NCBI GenBank assembly: GCA_965218095.1
Contig: OZ244587.1
Coordinates: forward strand, 2,569,694 to 2,633,693
From: Candidatus Poribacteria bacterium
GTDB lineage: Bacteria; Poribacteria; WGA-4E; PCPOR2b
Reading direction: 5' to 3'
DNA length: 64,000 nt
A program made the translations under genes and the position numbers. Shown piece by piece: positions 10,095 through 20,444 of the stretch; position 1 is the stretch's first letter, and every line of letters begins with the position of its first letter. The notes beneath the pieces are model-generated. The model searched no databases. It was not told the origin of the DNA and saw nothing but the letters and a program-made list of their open reading frames with translations.

Positions 10095-11156
10095 TCACGC
10101 CTTACCTCCAAACCGAACTCCCGTTGGAATCACACCCGTATCCTCGCCGCGCCCCATTGCCTCTGCGGTATCGAGGATACTTTGGAGGTCGTGTTTTGGC
10201 TGATACCCCAGCAGGTTTTTGATTTTACTGAGATCAAACTCAAAATAGTTCGACGCTGGCAATCTCGCTTCAATGTAATCCAGATTATATCGATTGGAGA
10301 GATAGGGAACAACCTCGTCCCAGGCGAACAATGCCGCGCCGCCAAGCGTAAATTCCTCGCCGATAGCCGCATCCTTTTCGAGCCCCAAAACCAACCCTTG
10401 AACGATGTCGCGGACATCGGTAAACTCTTATTTGTATGGACACCCGTTGGGATTTCGACTAAGCAGAAATTTCTCCTCGCCTGTCCAAAGCAATTTAATG
10501 GTTTGGATCATCTCCTGTTCCGCCGGATCCTCGCCTGTTTGATCCTTATAGCACTCATACACTGGACTAAAGAGAAAGAGTTTCGGCAATCCATCTTCAT
10601 TGAGAAATTCGCCGGGTTCGATTACTGTTGCAAAACGAAAGACCGTCGTGGGGACGCCATACTGATAGTGATAGGTCATGCACAGTTCTTCGCCAATCCA
10701 CTTCGTCAGGAAGTACGGCATTTGATGATAACGGCTCACCATCTCCTCGGTGATTGATTCCTCGAAGAAGCATCCTTTCTCCGTCAAACGCTAATAGATC
10801 GCCTCTGTGCAGGCATAAACCAGACGATGGAGATTCGGGAGGTCGGTGCGGATGCACTCCAGAATATTGAGCGTTCCCATCCCATTGATATTCAGGTATT
10901 GCAGGTTATCGAACGGTACGCTAAACGCGGCGGCGAGGTGATAGATCGCGTCCATGCCTTCGACTGCCCGCTTCACATCGGCGAAGTTCCGCAGATCTCC
11001 GACAACGGTTTCGACCCGATCGTAACCATTAAGCTTGTTCGCACGACTCGCGTCACCGGGGTAAACGAAACTGCGGATGTCGTGGCCCCTAGCAAGCAGG
11101 ACTTTCACAAGATTTGCCCCGATTCTGCCTGTTCCGCCTGTGACTAAAATCCTCAT
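10095..11156 (-). pseudogene. NAD-dependent epimerase/dehydratase (SDR) with two in-frame stop codons
   Basis: Three consecutive ORFs share one frame. The N-terminal part has the Rossmann motif MRILVTGGTGRIG with an AAGGAGG RBS. The middle part has the YxxxK active site PYFLTKWIGEEL. The C-terminal part ends LGYQPKHDL. They are interrupted only by TAG (10791-10793) and TAA (10428-10430). No frameshifts are present. Confidence 0.7.
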
Positions 11157-11213
11157 CCATCGCCTCCTTAATTTTATATCCACCCATATCTTCGTTGCGG
11201 AAACATGATGCAT

Positions 11214-11720
11214 TCAGATTTCTTCCTCGTCATACGAATCTCCGCTTGCCGTATCAGATTCGAGCGGCGGAGGTGAAGGGCCTTCTGCTTCCCGCTTGAC
11301 AAGAACTGCCCGACCGGCGACAACCAGTGAAGTCCAGCCGAGCAGTCCAACGATTGCGCCGGCGGCAGCGGCAATTCCTGCGGCTTTTCCTGTCGAGATT
11401 TTCTCCAGCGTTTTCTCATCAAACTCACAGGAGATATTTTTCGGATTTCGCAATGCAAAACCGCGTTTGTTGCCCTGATGCCAATACTCAATCGTTGGTG
11501 CGGTGTCACCTTCCGTTTTTATGTTTCCCTTCAAGGATGGCGCGTCTACTTCTAAGGTGCTTTCGCCGCGTTCACCAACCCATACCGCTTTGGCGCCCGT
11601 AACCCCTTCCTCACCTTCAATGGATTCAAAATTGACACGCGCAAGCAGCGTATCTGTAATTTTGAGAACGATCTTTTTGAATTTCGATGCAGATAAGACC
11701 CAGTTTTCTAAACTCATCAT
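11214..11720 (-). CDS. Hypothetical protein with a C-terminal TM helix and an acidic tail
   Basis: The 168-aa ORF has a GAGGAG RBS. The hydrophobic stretch IAAAAGAIVGLLGWTSLVVAG is followed by an ...DSYDEEEI tail. No family is recognised. Confidence 0.4.
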   Translation of the reverse strand: MMSLENWVLSASKFKKIVLKITDTLLARVNFESIEGEEGVTGAKAVWVGERGESTLEVDAPSLKGNIKTEGDTAPTIEYWHQGNKRGFALRNPKNISCEFDEKTLEKISTGKAAGIAAAAGAIVGLLGWTSLVVAGRAVLVKREAEGPSPPPLESDTASGDSYDEEEI

Positions 11721-12167
11721 ACATTCTCCTCATTTGAAAGGTTTCTGATCCTCGGAAATTGTGTCCATTATCCCACATTTTCCGACAAAACGCAAGGACA
11801 GAAAATTGTTGAAAACAGAATCAACGTTTTTTGACACAGTGATTGAAACTATACTTCCGCATTTTTCAGGGCGACATTTTAACACCTGTGAAGTGCATTA
11901 AGTGAGCTAAAGTTGAGGGTTCGGCGCATCAAATGACAACATGACTTTCTTCAATCCCGCATGACAAGCGGACTTTCAGAAAGGGGCTGCCCCAAAAGTT
12001 GCCGCCAGACCCATTCCCAGAACTGGTGTGGATTCTAACGGTTGTTAAGAAACTAGACCAAATTCTGCGGAAGTATAGATTGAAATCTGTTCCCTACAAT
12101 GCTACAATACTACCATACACATATGCTTCTATCCTTGTTCCTTAACCAAAAAAGTGGAGGAATGATT

Positions 12168-12728
12168 ATGAATCGAGACGACGCTTTAAAACTACTCTGT
12201 GAATATACGCAAAAAGACGGGTTACGCAAACACGCCTTCGCCGTCGAAGTTGCAATGCGTACCTACGCCAAGAAGTTCGGCGAAGATGAGGATAAGTGGG
12301 GAATCGTGGGGCTCCTGCACGATTTCGACTACGAAAAATATCCGACTCCAGATCAACACCCTGAAGTAGGGGCGAAAATCCTCAAGGAGAAAGGCTATTC
12401 CAACGACGTGATCTACGCGATCCGGTCGCATGCGGATTACTTGGAGCTTGAGCGCAAGAGCTTGATGGACAAAACGCTCTACGCTGTCGATGAATTGGTT
12501 GGCTTTATCACGGCCGTCGCGCTTGTTCGACCGAACAAAAATATCGCCGAAGTCAAGGTTTCTTCTGTGAAGAAAAAGCTCAAAGACAAAGCCTTCGCCC
12601 GTTCTGTCAATCGTGAAGGCATTCGAGAAGGGGCGGAAGGTCTCAGCGTCCCCCTTGATGAGCACATCGCGTTCGTGATCGACGCCATGAAAGGCATCGC
12701 CAATCAGCTTGGCTTGGCGGGTTCTTAA
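12168..12728 (+). CDS. HD-domain phosphohydrolase
   Basis: A GGAGG RBS lies 7 nt before ATG 12168. The H..HD motif is HAFAVEVAM...LLHDFDYEKY. Confidence 0.7.
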   Translation: MNRDDALKLLCEYTQKDGLRKHAFAVEVAMRTYAKKFGEDEDKWGIVGLLHDFDYEKYPTPDQHPEVGAKILKEKGYSNDVIYAIRSHADYLELERKSLMDKTLYAVDELVGFITAVALVRPNKNIAEVKVSSVKKKLKDKAFARSVNREGIREGAEGLSVPLDEHIAFVIDAMKGIANQLGLAGS

Positions 12729-12957
12729 CTACCTTCGCTATTTAATCATGTCAGTCGGGTGGAATGATGTGCGACGGATTCACGGTTGTCTGATTCATAT
12801 TGACATCATTAACGGGAAAGTATGGATGCAGCACGACAGAACAGAGGCTGACATTGCCCTTGAATTGGAACGGGCTGGCATCCCGGCGGAGATTCATGTA
12901 ATAATCTGTTGCCGCGCCTTTCCAACGAAAAAAGATGACAGGTTTGGCAGTTCTTAG
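12691..12957 (+). pseudogene. XisI-like protein, C-terminal fragment only (N-terminal ~45 aa missing)
   Basis: The translation RYLIMSVGWNDVRRIHGCLIHIDIINGKVWMQHDRTEADIALELERAGIPAEIHVI matches the conserved core of XisI (fdxN excision factor) proteins. An in-frame stop at 12688 and the overlapping HD gene leave no room for the N-terminal half. Confidence 0.35.
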
Positions 12958-13039
12958 CTTGTGAGATTATTGACAATCGTGATATAATAACCCGAGTCGA
13001 TTAGCAACCACGAACGAACTCGTCAGATCCAAACAATCA

Positions 13040-13618
13040 GTGCAAAACATGTCTAACCACCAATCCAGTCCTATTTACACTATCGGTTACGGCAGCCGTT
13101 CCATCGAACGGTTTGTCGAGGTTCTGCGACAATATGAGGTCGCCTACCTGATCGACGTGCGTTCCGCGCCCTATTCGCGCTACAAGCCGGAATTTTCCCA
13201 AGCGGAGCTGGCTGACGAACTGCAACACCATGGGTTTCGCTATGTATTCATGGGCGACACACTAGGCGGCCGGCCCGACGACGAGAATTGTTACGTGAAC
13301 GGGGTGGTGGACTACGAAAAGGTGAAGGCCACTGCGCTCTACGAGAACGGGATTAAACGTCTCCAAACCGCTTTCTCTCAAGGACAATGCGTCGTCCTCA
13401 TGTGCAGCGAGGGAAAACCGGAGAACTGTCACCGGAGCAAGCTCATCGGAACCACACTGGTGGGTCTGGACATACCGGTGATTCACATCGATGAAAATGA
13501 CGAACTGCGGATGCAGGATGAAGTCATCGATCGGCTAACCAGCGGTCAACTTTCTCTGTTTGGTGAACACACATTCCACTCGTGCAAAAAGTACGAGCGA
13601 AAAGAAGATGAAACTTAA
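13040..13618 (+). CDS. DUF488 family protein
   Basis: The N-terminus PIYTIGYGSRSIERFVEVLRQYEVAYLIDVRSAPYSRYKPEF and the region C..C.CHR are typical of DUF488. Confidence 0.7.
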   Translation: MQNMSNHQSSPIYTIGYGSRSIERFVEVLRQYEVAYLIDVRSAPYSRYKPEFSQAELADELQHHGFRYVFMGDTLGGRPDDENCYVNGVVDYEKVKATALYENGIKRLQTAFSQGQCVVLMCSEGKPENCHRSKLIGTTLVGLDIPVIHIDENDELRMQDEVIDRLTSGQLSLFGEHTFHSCKKYERKEDET

Positions 13619-14102
13619 AATTGTCACCATTGGTGTGTACGGATTTGATGAAGCCGGTTTCTTCCGGGCGCTGCAGGATGCAAAGGTGGACACCTTCTGT
13701 GACATCCGGCAGCGACGCGGCGTGCGCGGGGCGGCATACGCCTTCGTCAATAGCCAGCGTTTACAGGGACGATTGGCTGAATTGGGCATCCATTACCTGC
13801 ATCGCAAGGACCTGGCGCCAACGAAATCGGTACGTGAGGTGCAAGCCGAGGCGGATAAGGTTAAGAAAACTGCTAAACGCCAGCGCACGAAGTTGGGTGA
13901 GGCGTTCATTGAGGCGTACCAAACCGAGTGCCTGACGCACTTCAAGCCACAAAGCCTGCTGGACGACCTGGAGCCGGACGCACGGGTCGTGGCACTCTTT
14001 TGTGTTGAACGGGAACCGGGGGCTTGCCACCGGTCGCTGGTGGCGGAGGTGATAGAGAAAAAACTGAATCTGGACGTGGAGCATATCGTGCCAGCGTCAT
14101 GA
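13608..14102 (+). CDS. DUF488 family protein (paralog)
   Basis: It starts MKLKIVTIGVYGFDEAGFFRALQDAKVDTFCDIRQRRG and contains CVEREPGACHRSLVAE. Its ATG overlaps the upstream stop by 11 nt, indicating translational coupling. Confidence 0.7.
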   Translation: MKLKIVTIGVYGFDEAGFFRALQDAKVDTFCDIRQRRGVRGAAYAFVNSQRLQGRLAELGIHYLHRKDLAPTKSVREVQAEADKVKKTAKRQRTKLGEAFIEAYQTECLTHFKPQSLLDDLEPDARVVALFCVEREPGACHRSLVAEVIEKKLNLDVEHIVPAS

Positions 14103-14195
14103 GTTGCTGTATTTTACTCGATTCTGTTTTGTGTCAAAGGCAAAAACGGCAAGAATGCCGTATTTTTCAGTTATTACGGGAATCCACCTTAAAGC

Positions 14196-14717
14196 ATGGT
14201 CATTGTCGAAACGGAGCGACTGGTCCTCAGGCAGTTTCGCCTCTCCGAATACGCGATAAATTGCGTATTCGGAGATCCGGAAGTGATGCGTTTTGGAGAC
14301 GGTGTCCAGACTCCCGAATGGGTTCACGACTAGCTCTGCCGTTATCTTGAGAACTATCGGCAGAAGTCGGGAATCGGGCCGTGGGCAGTAGTCGAGAAGA
14401 TCAATACGGAAGCGATTGGCTATTGTGGCCTGTTTTATTTTCCTGACGTGTGCGGCCAACCGGAAACGGAGATCGGCTACCGGTTGGCGCGGCCCTATTG
14501 GGGGCGTGGTTACGCGACAGAATCGGCACGGGCTGTCCGCGACTATGCACTTAACACCCTGCGTTTGCCGCGATTGATTGCGATGATTGATCCATAGAAT
14601 GCCGCCTCGATTCACGTAGCGGAGAAACTTGGCATGCATTACGAAAAGGACGTGATGTTTGAAGGCTATACCCATCCAGACCGCGTGTACGTGATTGAGC
14701 GCGCAGAAAGTGGATAA
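14196..14717 (+). pseudogene. GNAT N-acetyltransferase (RimJ/RimL-like) with two in-frame TAG codons
   Basis: The plus-strand translation MVIVETERLVLRQF...GPWAVVEKINTEAIGYCGLFY...RPYWGRGYATESARAVRDYALNTLRLPRLIAMIDP*NAASIHVAEKLGM... is a conserved GNAT. TAG sits at 14331-14333 and at 14595-14597, the second at the usual Glu of PENxaSirV. The listed minus-strand ORF 14097..14720 is antisense. Confidence 0.65.
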
Positions 14718-15142
14718 CAAAGCGGTACATAAGGAGTAATCATGTTACTACAAGAGCTCCATATGTTGGAACCACCTTGTCAGCTCTTGCTGCTGCCGCA
14801 GCATTTGTAGTTTCAGTAATTCTGCGCAGACGAGACGAGCGACGATAGGAGATCCGCGATTGGCAACGGTAGAATGTTCTGTCATTGTCCGCCGTTTGGG
14901 ACGCATTGGGCCGCAGCTATAAGCAGAGGTCGATCGGCTTCTTCGGGTGGTTTTGGCATTGTAGCAAAGAGGAAATCGGCGTGTCACGACAAAAACTTGC
15001 CTATAACCAGGCGTTGCAGTTGACGGTCCGATTCTCGGGCGAGCGCGGCAGTTTGTTGGTTTTTCGTTCGTTAGTACACGGGGTATGCGGTCGCGTGAAA
15101 CGTTCACACGAGACAAGCGAAATTTTCACCATGAGGTCCGCT

Positions 15143-18022
15143 ATGAGGGTCCTGATTGTCGCCAAGACGCGCATGAGCAAGGGGGCGTGTATCGGCGGAA
15201 TCACGCAGGATGGTCAAAGTGTTCGGCTGATTTCGGCGGATACTGACGCTCACGACAGCGCGGGCCGGGAGTATGAAGTCGGCGAGGTCTGGGAAGTTGA
15301 AGCTAAACTGGCGGCTGATGTGATTCCACCGCACATAGAAAATATCGTCGTTTACAAAAAGCACAAGCTTCACACCCTCGAAGGCCCAGTCGCCATCATC
15401 GAACGATTCATGTCCTCCAAAGTAGGCGGACCCGAGGTGCTCTACGAAGGTCTGACCCAATTCACGCCTACCGGTGCACTATACACCGCCGAAAGGACTG
15501 GCATCCCGCCTTACAGTACCATGTTCTGGCGACCCGATAAATCGCTAACACTCGACACGGCTGGCAAGCGCATCCGCTATCGCTATCCGACTGAAGATGG
15601 GGGCCGCACCCTCACTTTCGTTGGCTTCCAGGAGCCGCTCAAGACGCTACCGGCAGGGACGTTGCTGCGCGTTTCGCTGGCTCACTGGTGGCGACCCGAC
15701 GAAGGTACTGACAGTGAGTATCGCTGCTTTGTACAGCTTTCGGGCTGGTTTCTGGAGGAAATCGGCAATCAAGTTGAGCAAAGCAAAATCCCGCCAAGCG
15801 GGGCAATTAAGCAAATCCCCAATCCGCAATCAGTTGAACTGCCCACCACAGATTCCACGTCACCCCAACACCTGCTCAAAACCGTCTTCGGCTACGACGA
15901 ATTTCGGCCGTTGCAGAAAGAGATCATTGACAACATCCTGGGTCAACGCGACACCTTGATTATCATGCCCACCGGCGGCGGCAAGTCATTGTGCTACCAA
16001 CTGCCCGCACTACGCTTCGACGGTCTGACCGTCGTCGTGTCACCGCTCATTTCACTCATGCAGGACCAGGTGACGCAGTTGCAACAGTTGGGCACCCCTG
16101 CCGTTTACCTCAACAGCACGCTCAATCACCGCGAATACCTTGCAACTGCCAACCGGATCAGAGGCGGCGCGGTGAAACTGCTCTACATCGCGCCGGAAAC
16201 GCTCCTGCGCCCCGAAACATTGCTCATGCTCGACCGGTGTCGGCTGGACTGCTTGGCAATTGACGAAGCCCACTGTATTTCTCAGTGGGGGCACGATTTT
16301 CGCCCGGAATATCGCCAACTCGTGTCTGTGCGCGAGCGATTCCCTCACGCTGTGTGTGTTGCCCTCACTGCTACGGCAACGCCCCGCGTTCAAGCTGACA
16401 TCAACGATACGTTAGGTTTCCGCGACGAGAACAAGTTCATCGCCAGCTTTGATCGGGGAAACCTCTTTATCGCTGTTGAGCCGAAGACAGATTTACTCCG
16501 GCAGACCTTCGATTTCCTCGCCGCCCATCCCGACCAGTCGGGCATCATCTACTGTGCGACGCAACGGCAAGTAGATTCGCTGCACGCAGCACTGGTGGAG
16601 CATGGTATCTCCGCGGCGCCCTACCATGCCGGACTGGAGGGCGAAACCCGCGAGCGCAACCAGACCGCTTTTATCCGCGACGACGTGCGGGTCATGGTTG
16701 CGACGATTGCCTTTGGTATGGGCATCGACAAGCCGGATGTGCGCTTCGTGCTGCATGTGGATTTGCCCAAGGATATTGAATGCTACTACCAGGAAATCGG
16801 TCGCGCCGGGCGGGACGGTCTTCGGGCTGATTGTCTCCTGCTGTTCAGTTTTGGCGACGCAGGCACAATTCAACACTTCATCCAACAGGGTGCGGCGTCT
16901 GAGCGTAAGGGACGGGATGCACGTTTGCAGGCTCTGGTGGACTGGGCGACGTCGGGGGACTGCCGTCGCAGCGGACTGCTGACCTATTTCGGGGAGGTGT
17001 ATGAAGCTGAAAACTGCCAGATGTGCGACAACTGTCTCAAGGGAGAAGGTGAACGGGTTGACCTCACCATTCCAGCTCAGAAATTTCTCTCATGCGTCGC
17101 GCGGACAGGCCAGATTTTCGGCATAAATCATATTATCAAGGTGCTGCGTGGTTCGCAGGCCAAAGAGGTGTTGGCGCATGAGCATAACAAGCTCTCAACT
17201 TATGGTATCGGCAAAGCGTATTCCGCCGAACAGTGGAAACTCTTGGCGCAGCAGTTCATCCAGCAGAAACTCCTTGCGTGGGATATGAACTATGGGAGCG
17301 TTAAATTGATGAAGAAAGGGCGGGCTGTCCTCAAGGGAGAGACGGTGTGGGGTGAGCCGATAGAAACGTCAACGTATACCACATCCGGCGAGACCGCCGG
17401 ATACAACCTGGGACTCTTCGAGCAACTGCGCGCCAAGCGTAAAAAACTTGCCGACGCTGAAGGTGTCCCGCCGTACATGATTTTCTCCGACCGCGCCTTG
17501 CAGGAGATGGCGACCTATTGCCCCCACTCGGTTGGGGCGTTTGAAAGGATGCACGGCGTTGGTGGTGTAAAAATTGAAAAATACGCTGAGGTCTTCTTAC
17601 CAATCATCCGTACCTACTGCCAGGAACATAGGCTGACGGAAAAAGCGAAATCAGCGCCTCGTTCAGTGAGTCCCTCAATACCCTCCAAATCTCGCAGCCG
17701 GGAAGTCGGAGAACGGTTTCAGGCCGGAGAATCGATTGCCGAACTGATGCAAGTCTATAGGGTGAAGCGTCAGAGGATTATATCGCACCTGAGCACGTAT
17801 GCGCAGGGGGAAAATCCGTTACCGGTGGCGCGCCTACGTGCCGAGTCTCAATTGTCAGCGGAGATACAAAATCGCGTGCTGGCGACTTTTGACGAACTGA
17901 ATACGCCCTTCCTACGTCCAGTTTTCGATGCTTTTGGCGAAACTGTCAGTTATGAAGAGTTGCACCTGATGCGGGTGATTTATTGGTCGCAAACTCTCGC
18001 TAGTTCTACTGCGACATCTTAG
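15143..18022 (+). CDS. recQ: RecQ-family ATP-dependent DNA helicase with an unrecognised ~240-aa N-terminal domain, an HRDC domain and a C-terminal HTH-like extension
   Basis: The helicase motifs are [30 protein letters not shown], the DEAH box [18 protein letters not shown] and the RecQ-Ct zinc cysteines [13 protein letters not shown]...CQMCDNC. The HRDC region is [33 protein letters not shown]. The likely start is ATG 15143 with a GAGG SD. The upstream in-frame segment 14885-15142 looks non-coding. Confidence 0.8.
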   Translation: MRVLIVAKTRMSKGACIGGITQDGQSVRLISADTDAHDSAGREYEVGEVWEVEAKLAADVIPPHIENIVVYKKHKLHTLEGPVAIIERFMSSKVGGPEVLYEGLTQFTPTGALYTAERTGIPPYSTMFWRPDKSLTLDTAGKRIRYRYPTEDGGRTLTFVGFQEPLKTLPAGTLLRVSLAHWWRPDEGTDSEYRCFVQLSGWFLEEIGNQVEQSKIPPSGAIKQIPNPQSVELPTTDSTSPQHLLKTVFGYDEFRPLQKEIIDNILGQRDTLIIMPTGGGKSLCYQLPALRFDGLTVVVSPLISLMQDQVTQLQQLGTPAVYLNSTLNHREYLATANRIRGGAVKLLYIAPETLLRPETLLMLDRCRLDCLAIDEAHCISQWGHDFRPEYRQLVSVRERFPHAVCVALTATATPRVQADINDTLGFRDENKFIASFDRGNLFIAVEPKTDLLRQTFDFLAAHPDQSGIIYCATQRQVDSLHAALVEHGISAAPYHAGLEGETRERNQTAFIRDDVRVMVATIAFGMGIDKPDVRFVLHVDLPKDIECYYQEIGRAGRDGLRADCLLLFSFGDAGTIQHFIQQGAASERKGRDARLQALVDWATSGDCRRSGLLTYFGEVYEAENCQMCDNCLKGEGERVDLTIPAQKFLSCVARTGQIFGINHIIKVLRGSQAKEVLAHEHNKLSTYGIGKAYSAEQWKLLAQQFIQQKLLAWDMNYGSVKLMKKGRAVLKGETVWGEPIETSTYTTSGETAGYNLGLFEQLRAKRKKLADAEGVPPYMIFSDRALQEMATYCPHSVGAFERMHGVGGVKIEKYAEVFLPIIRTYCQEHRLTEKAKSAPRSVSPSIPSKSRSREVGERFQAGESIAELMQVYRVKRQRIISHLSTYAQGENPLPVARLRAESQLSAEIQNRVLATFDELNTPFLRPVFDAFGETVSYEELHLMRVIYWSQTLASSTATS

Positions 18023-18185
18023 CTTCGGAAGTCCGATTCAATGAGATTCGGGCATCGCCGACCAGTTTGGGTTGGCAGGGGCTTAACTGAGGGCTGGTCA
18101 TAATTCGATCCGAATTCTACCGGAGCGAGGAATGACGGTACTGTAGCCGAATTCGTGAGAATTCGGACCTGCTGCAACAGAACAC

Positions 18186-18369
18186 CCCGATGACATCACC
18201 ATTGCCGCCGCCATTATCGCCTTGGCGCATAGCCTGCGACCAAGGTCATCGCCGAGGGCGTTGAGACGGAACATCAACTGGCTTTCCTGCGCGGCAAGGG
18301 CTGCCATGAGATTCAGGGCTATCTCTTCGGTTCGCCCATGTCTGCTGGTTTTTCGTCGGGTTCGCGATG
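18186..18369 (+). pseudogene. EAL-domain (c-di-GMP phosphodiesterase) C-terminal remnant, frameshifted
   Basis: One frame reads ..[14 protein letters not shown] and the next reads [33 protein letters not shown]. Only the last ~50 aa of an EAL domain are present. Confidence 0.4.
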
Positions 18370-18460
18370 AGATTCAGCAAAAGATTCAAACAGGGTTAGA
18401 GACGCTTGACCTGCCTGTGGATTCCCACTGTGAAACGCATCCAGAATAATAGAGGAAACA

Positions 18461-19294
18461 ATGCAACCTACCTTTTTAGCTATCGGTCATTTCTGCTACG
18501 ATGTCGCTCCCAATGGATACGTCCTTGGTGGGGCTGCGGCTTATTCAACAATTACAGCTCGAAATCTCGGTTGCCGCGCTTGCGCAGTGACAGCCGTTGG
18601 CGCAGATTTTGACAGACAAAATCCGATCTTAGATGGGATCGATGTCGCATACCATGATTCACCTGAAACCACTATCTTTGATAATCGGTATGACGTAGAT
18701 GGTCGGCGTCAACAACTGATCTTAGGGGTTGGCGGTAAATTGCAATCGCATCACGTTCTAAGCCAGTGGAGAAATGCAGATATTGCCTACCTTTGCCCGC
18801 TTGTAGATGAGGTGGATGCACTGATTGCCCAATGCTTCGATCATGCGTTGATTGGCGTCTCGCCACAAGGCTGGATGCGCCGATGGGATGAGAGCCATCA
18901 AGTGTTTCCCAAACGTTGGCATACTGCCGAAGCAATTCTACCGCATGCAGATGTTTTGGTCTTGAGTGAGGAGGACATCGCTGCATACCCTGAAGCGCTC
19001 GAAAAGTATATTCAATGGACGCGAATTGTGGTGCTGACAAAAGGTAAGCATGGCGCGACGCTGTACGAAAGTGGTCAGAACTTGGAATCCAATGCCTACC
19101 CCGCAAATGAAGTGGATGCGACGGGTGCCGGTGATGTATTTGCTGCCGCGTTCTTAATCAAATACCACGAAACGCAGTCATCACAAGCGGCGCTAAACTT
19201 TGCACACTGTGTTGCGTCGTTTGCCGTCGAAGGGAAAGGCACAACGCGCATTCCGACCTTGGATCAGATAAATGTGCGGCTGAGAAAACTTTAG
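18461..19294 (+). CDS. PfkB-family carbohydrate kinase (ribokinase-like)
   Basis: The 277-aa ORF has the C-terminal DATGAGDVFAAAFL motif and GG dipeptide regions. Confidence 0.8.
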   Translation: MQPTFLAIGHFCYDVAPNGYVLGGAAAYSTITARNLGCRACAVTAVGADFDRQNPILDGIDVAYHDSPETTIFDNRYDVDGRRQQLILGVGGKLQSHHVLSQWRNADIAYLCPLVDEVDALIAQCFDHALIGVSPQGWMRRWDESHQVFPKRWHTAEAILPHADVLVLSEEDIAAYPEALEKYIQWTRIVVLTKGKHGATLYESGQNLESNAYPANEVDATGAGDVFAAAFLIKYHETQSSQAALNFAHCVASFAVEGKGTTRIPTLDQINVRLRKL

Positions 19295-19296
19295 TG

Positions 19297-20187
19297 TTAG
19301 CGACTTAGAGCATACGCCACGACGTTCATCCCCTGCTCAAACGCCCACCAACGCTGTTCTTCTCCTCCCGGTGTACACACTCTGCCTTCCCACGCGCAGT
19401 TGAGATCACTTGGACAGAAGTAGACGACAATGCGATCATCGACCATAATTGCTTCGTCAAAATCACACACAGATGGAATTAACTTATCGCCACCGAGATA
19501 TTCATTGTGGTCATAGAGTGTGTGATAAATTGGATGACTCAAATCAAGTCGCTCAAGCTTTTTGTCCGGGAAAATGCGCTTCATCAGCCGACTTATCGCA
19601 GGACGCATCCGTCCCCAACGTCGAACATCACAATCTTCAACGTGGAGAAAGCCGCCGCGCTCCAGATACTCTCGCAGTTTTCGCGCTTCAGCATCCGAAA
19701 ACCGGACGCCCATGTGTCCCGTCATAAAGATGAAAGGATAAGCGCAAAGGCGATCAATGTCGTCCTTGAGGATCGAAATGTATTGTGGATTATCATGCAG
19801 TTCAACATCAATCGATGTATGTTCTGCTAATACCTCTGTAAATTTGCGATCTGAGGGCCAACGTTCGTAATTCACCACATTTGTGAACCAATCGCCTCCT
19901 GGATATTTGAGTCGGACAAAGACAAATTCTTCGCCCGTCGAATCCGGCGATGGGTGGTGGTGCTCAATCCACCCATACTGGTGACCCCTGTGTGCGTCTC
20001 GTGGGGCATCATAGGGGATGTATTCTATCAAAGGGGTAGCGTTACTTGAAGAGGCAAAGCGATCGGCGATGAGAGCCGATGCAGCGAGCCCCGCGGACCC
20101 TTTGAAAAACGATCTGCGCGACAAGCGACGAGTCGTCACATCTGACGCAGTTTTTTTTGAAGTGCTAGATAGTTTTCCGTCGAACAT
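19297..20187 (-). CDS. Tat-secreted DUF4159-domain protein
   Basis: The twin-arginine signal is RRLSRRSFFKGSAGLAASALIA. The DUF4159-like core is IFMTGH...LREYLERGGFLHVEDCD. Confidence 0.55.
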   Translation of the reverse strand: MFDGKLSSTSKKTASDVTTRRLSRRSFFKGSAGLAASALIADRFASSSNATPLIEYIPYDAPRDAHRGHQYGWIEHHHPSPDSTGEEFVFVRLKYPGGDWFTNVVNYERWPSDRKFTEVLAEHTSIDVELHDNPQYISILKDDIDRLCAYPFIFMTGHMGVRFSDAEARKLREYLERGGFLHVEDCDVRRWGRMRPAISRLMKRIFPDKKLERLDLSHPIYHTLYDHNEYLGGDKLIPSVCDFDEAIMVDDRIVVYFCPSDLNCAWEGRVCTPGGEEQRWWAFEQGMNVVAYALSR

Positions 20188-20444
20188 AGCTGCATTCTCC
20201 TTTCAAGATGAAAGGACAGTATACGATCAGGGGTTGAAACCTCTTATACTACGCTGAAAATACTCTTGGATCGATTTGAAGCCGTTCAAGGGGAACGCCT
20301 TGAGAAAAAGGATGAAACCTCAGATCGCCAAGATCTCCTGGCTGTGCAGGAATTTTATCCGCAGCAGTGAAGACACATCAACCAACGCCAGCCGAAATTT
20401 CAGAATCGGCGGATGACTGAACATAACGCATTACGCTTCACGTT

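Noticed and set aside
10071-10757. Plus-strand ORF of 228 aa across the epimerase locus
   Set aside because: It is antisense to the SDR epimerase (GGTGRIG and YxxxK motifs on the minus strand).
12691-12957. Complete XisI gene
   Set aside because: Only the C-terminal conserved core is present. An in-frame stop and the overlapping HD gene exclude the N-terminal ~45 residues.
14097-14720. Listed minus-strand ORF of 207 aa
   Set aside because: It is antisense to the GNAT acetyltransferase gene, whose plus-strand translation is clearly conserved apart from two TAG codons.
14885-15142. N-terminal 86 codons of the long RecQ ORF
   Set aside because: The translation is rich in R, S, W and C and non-protein-like, with no RBS. 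A GAGG Shine-Dalgarno sequence precedes ATG 15143 instead.
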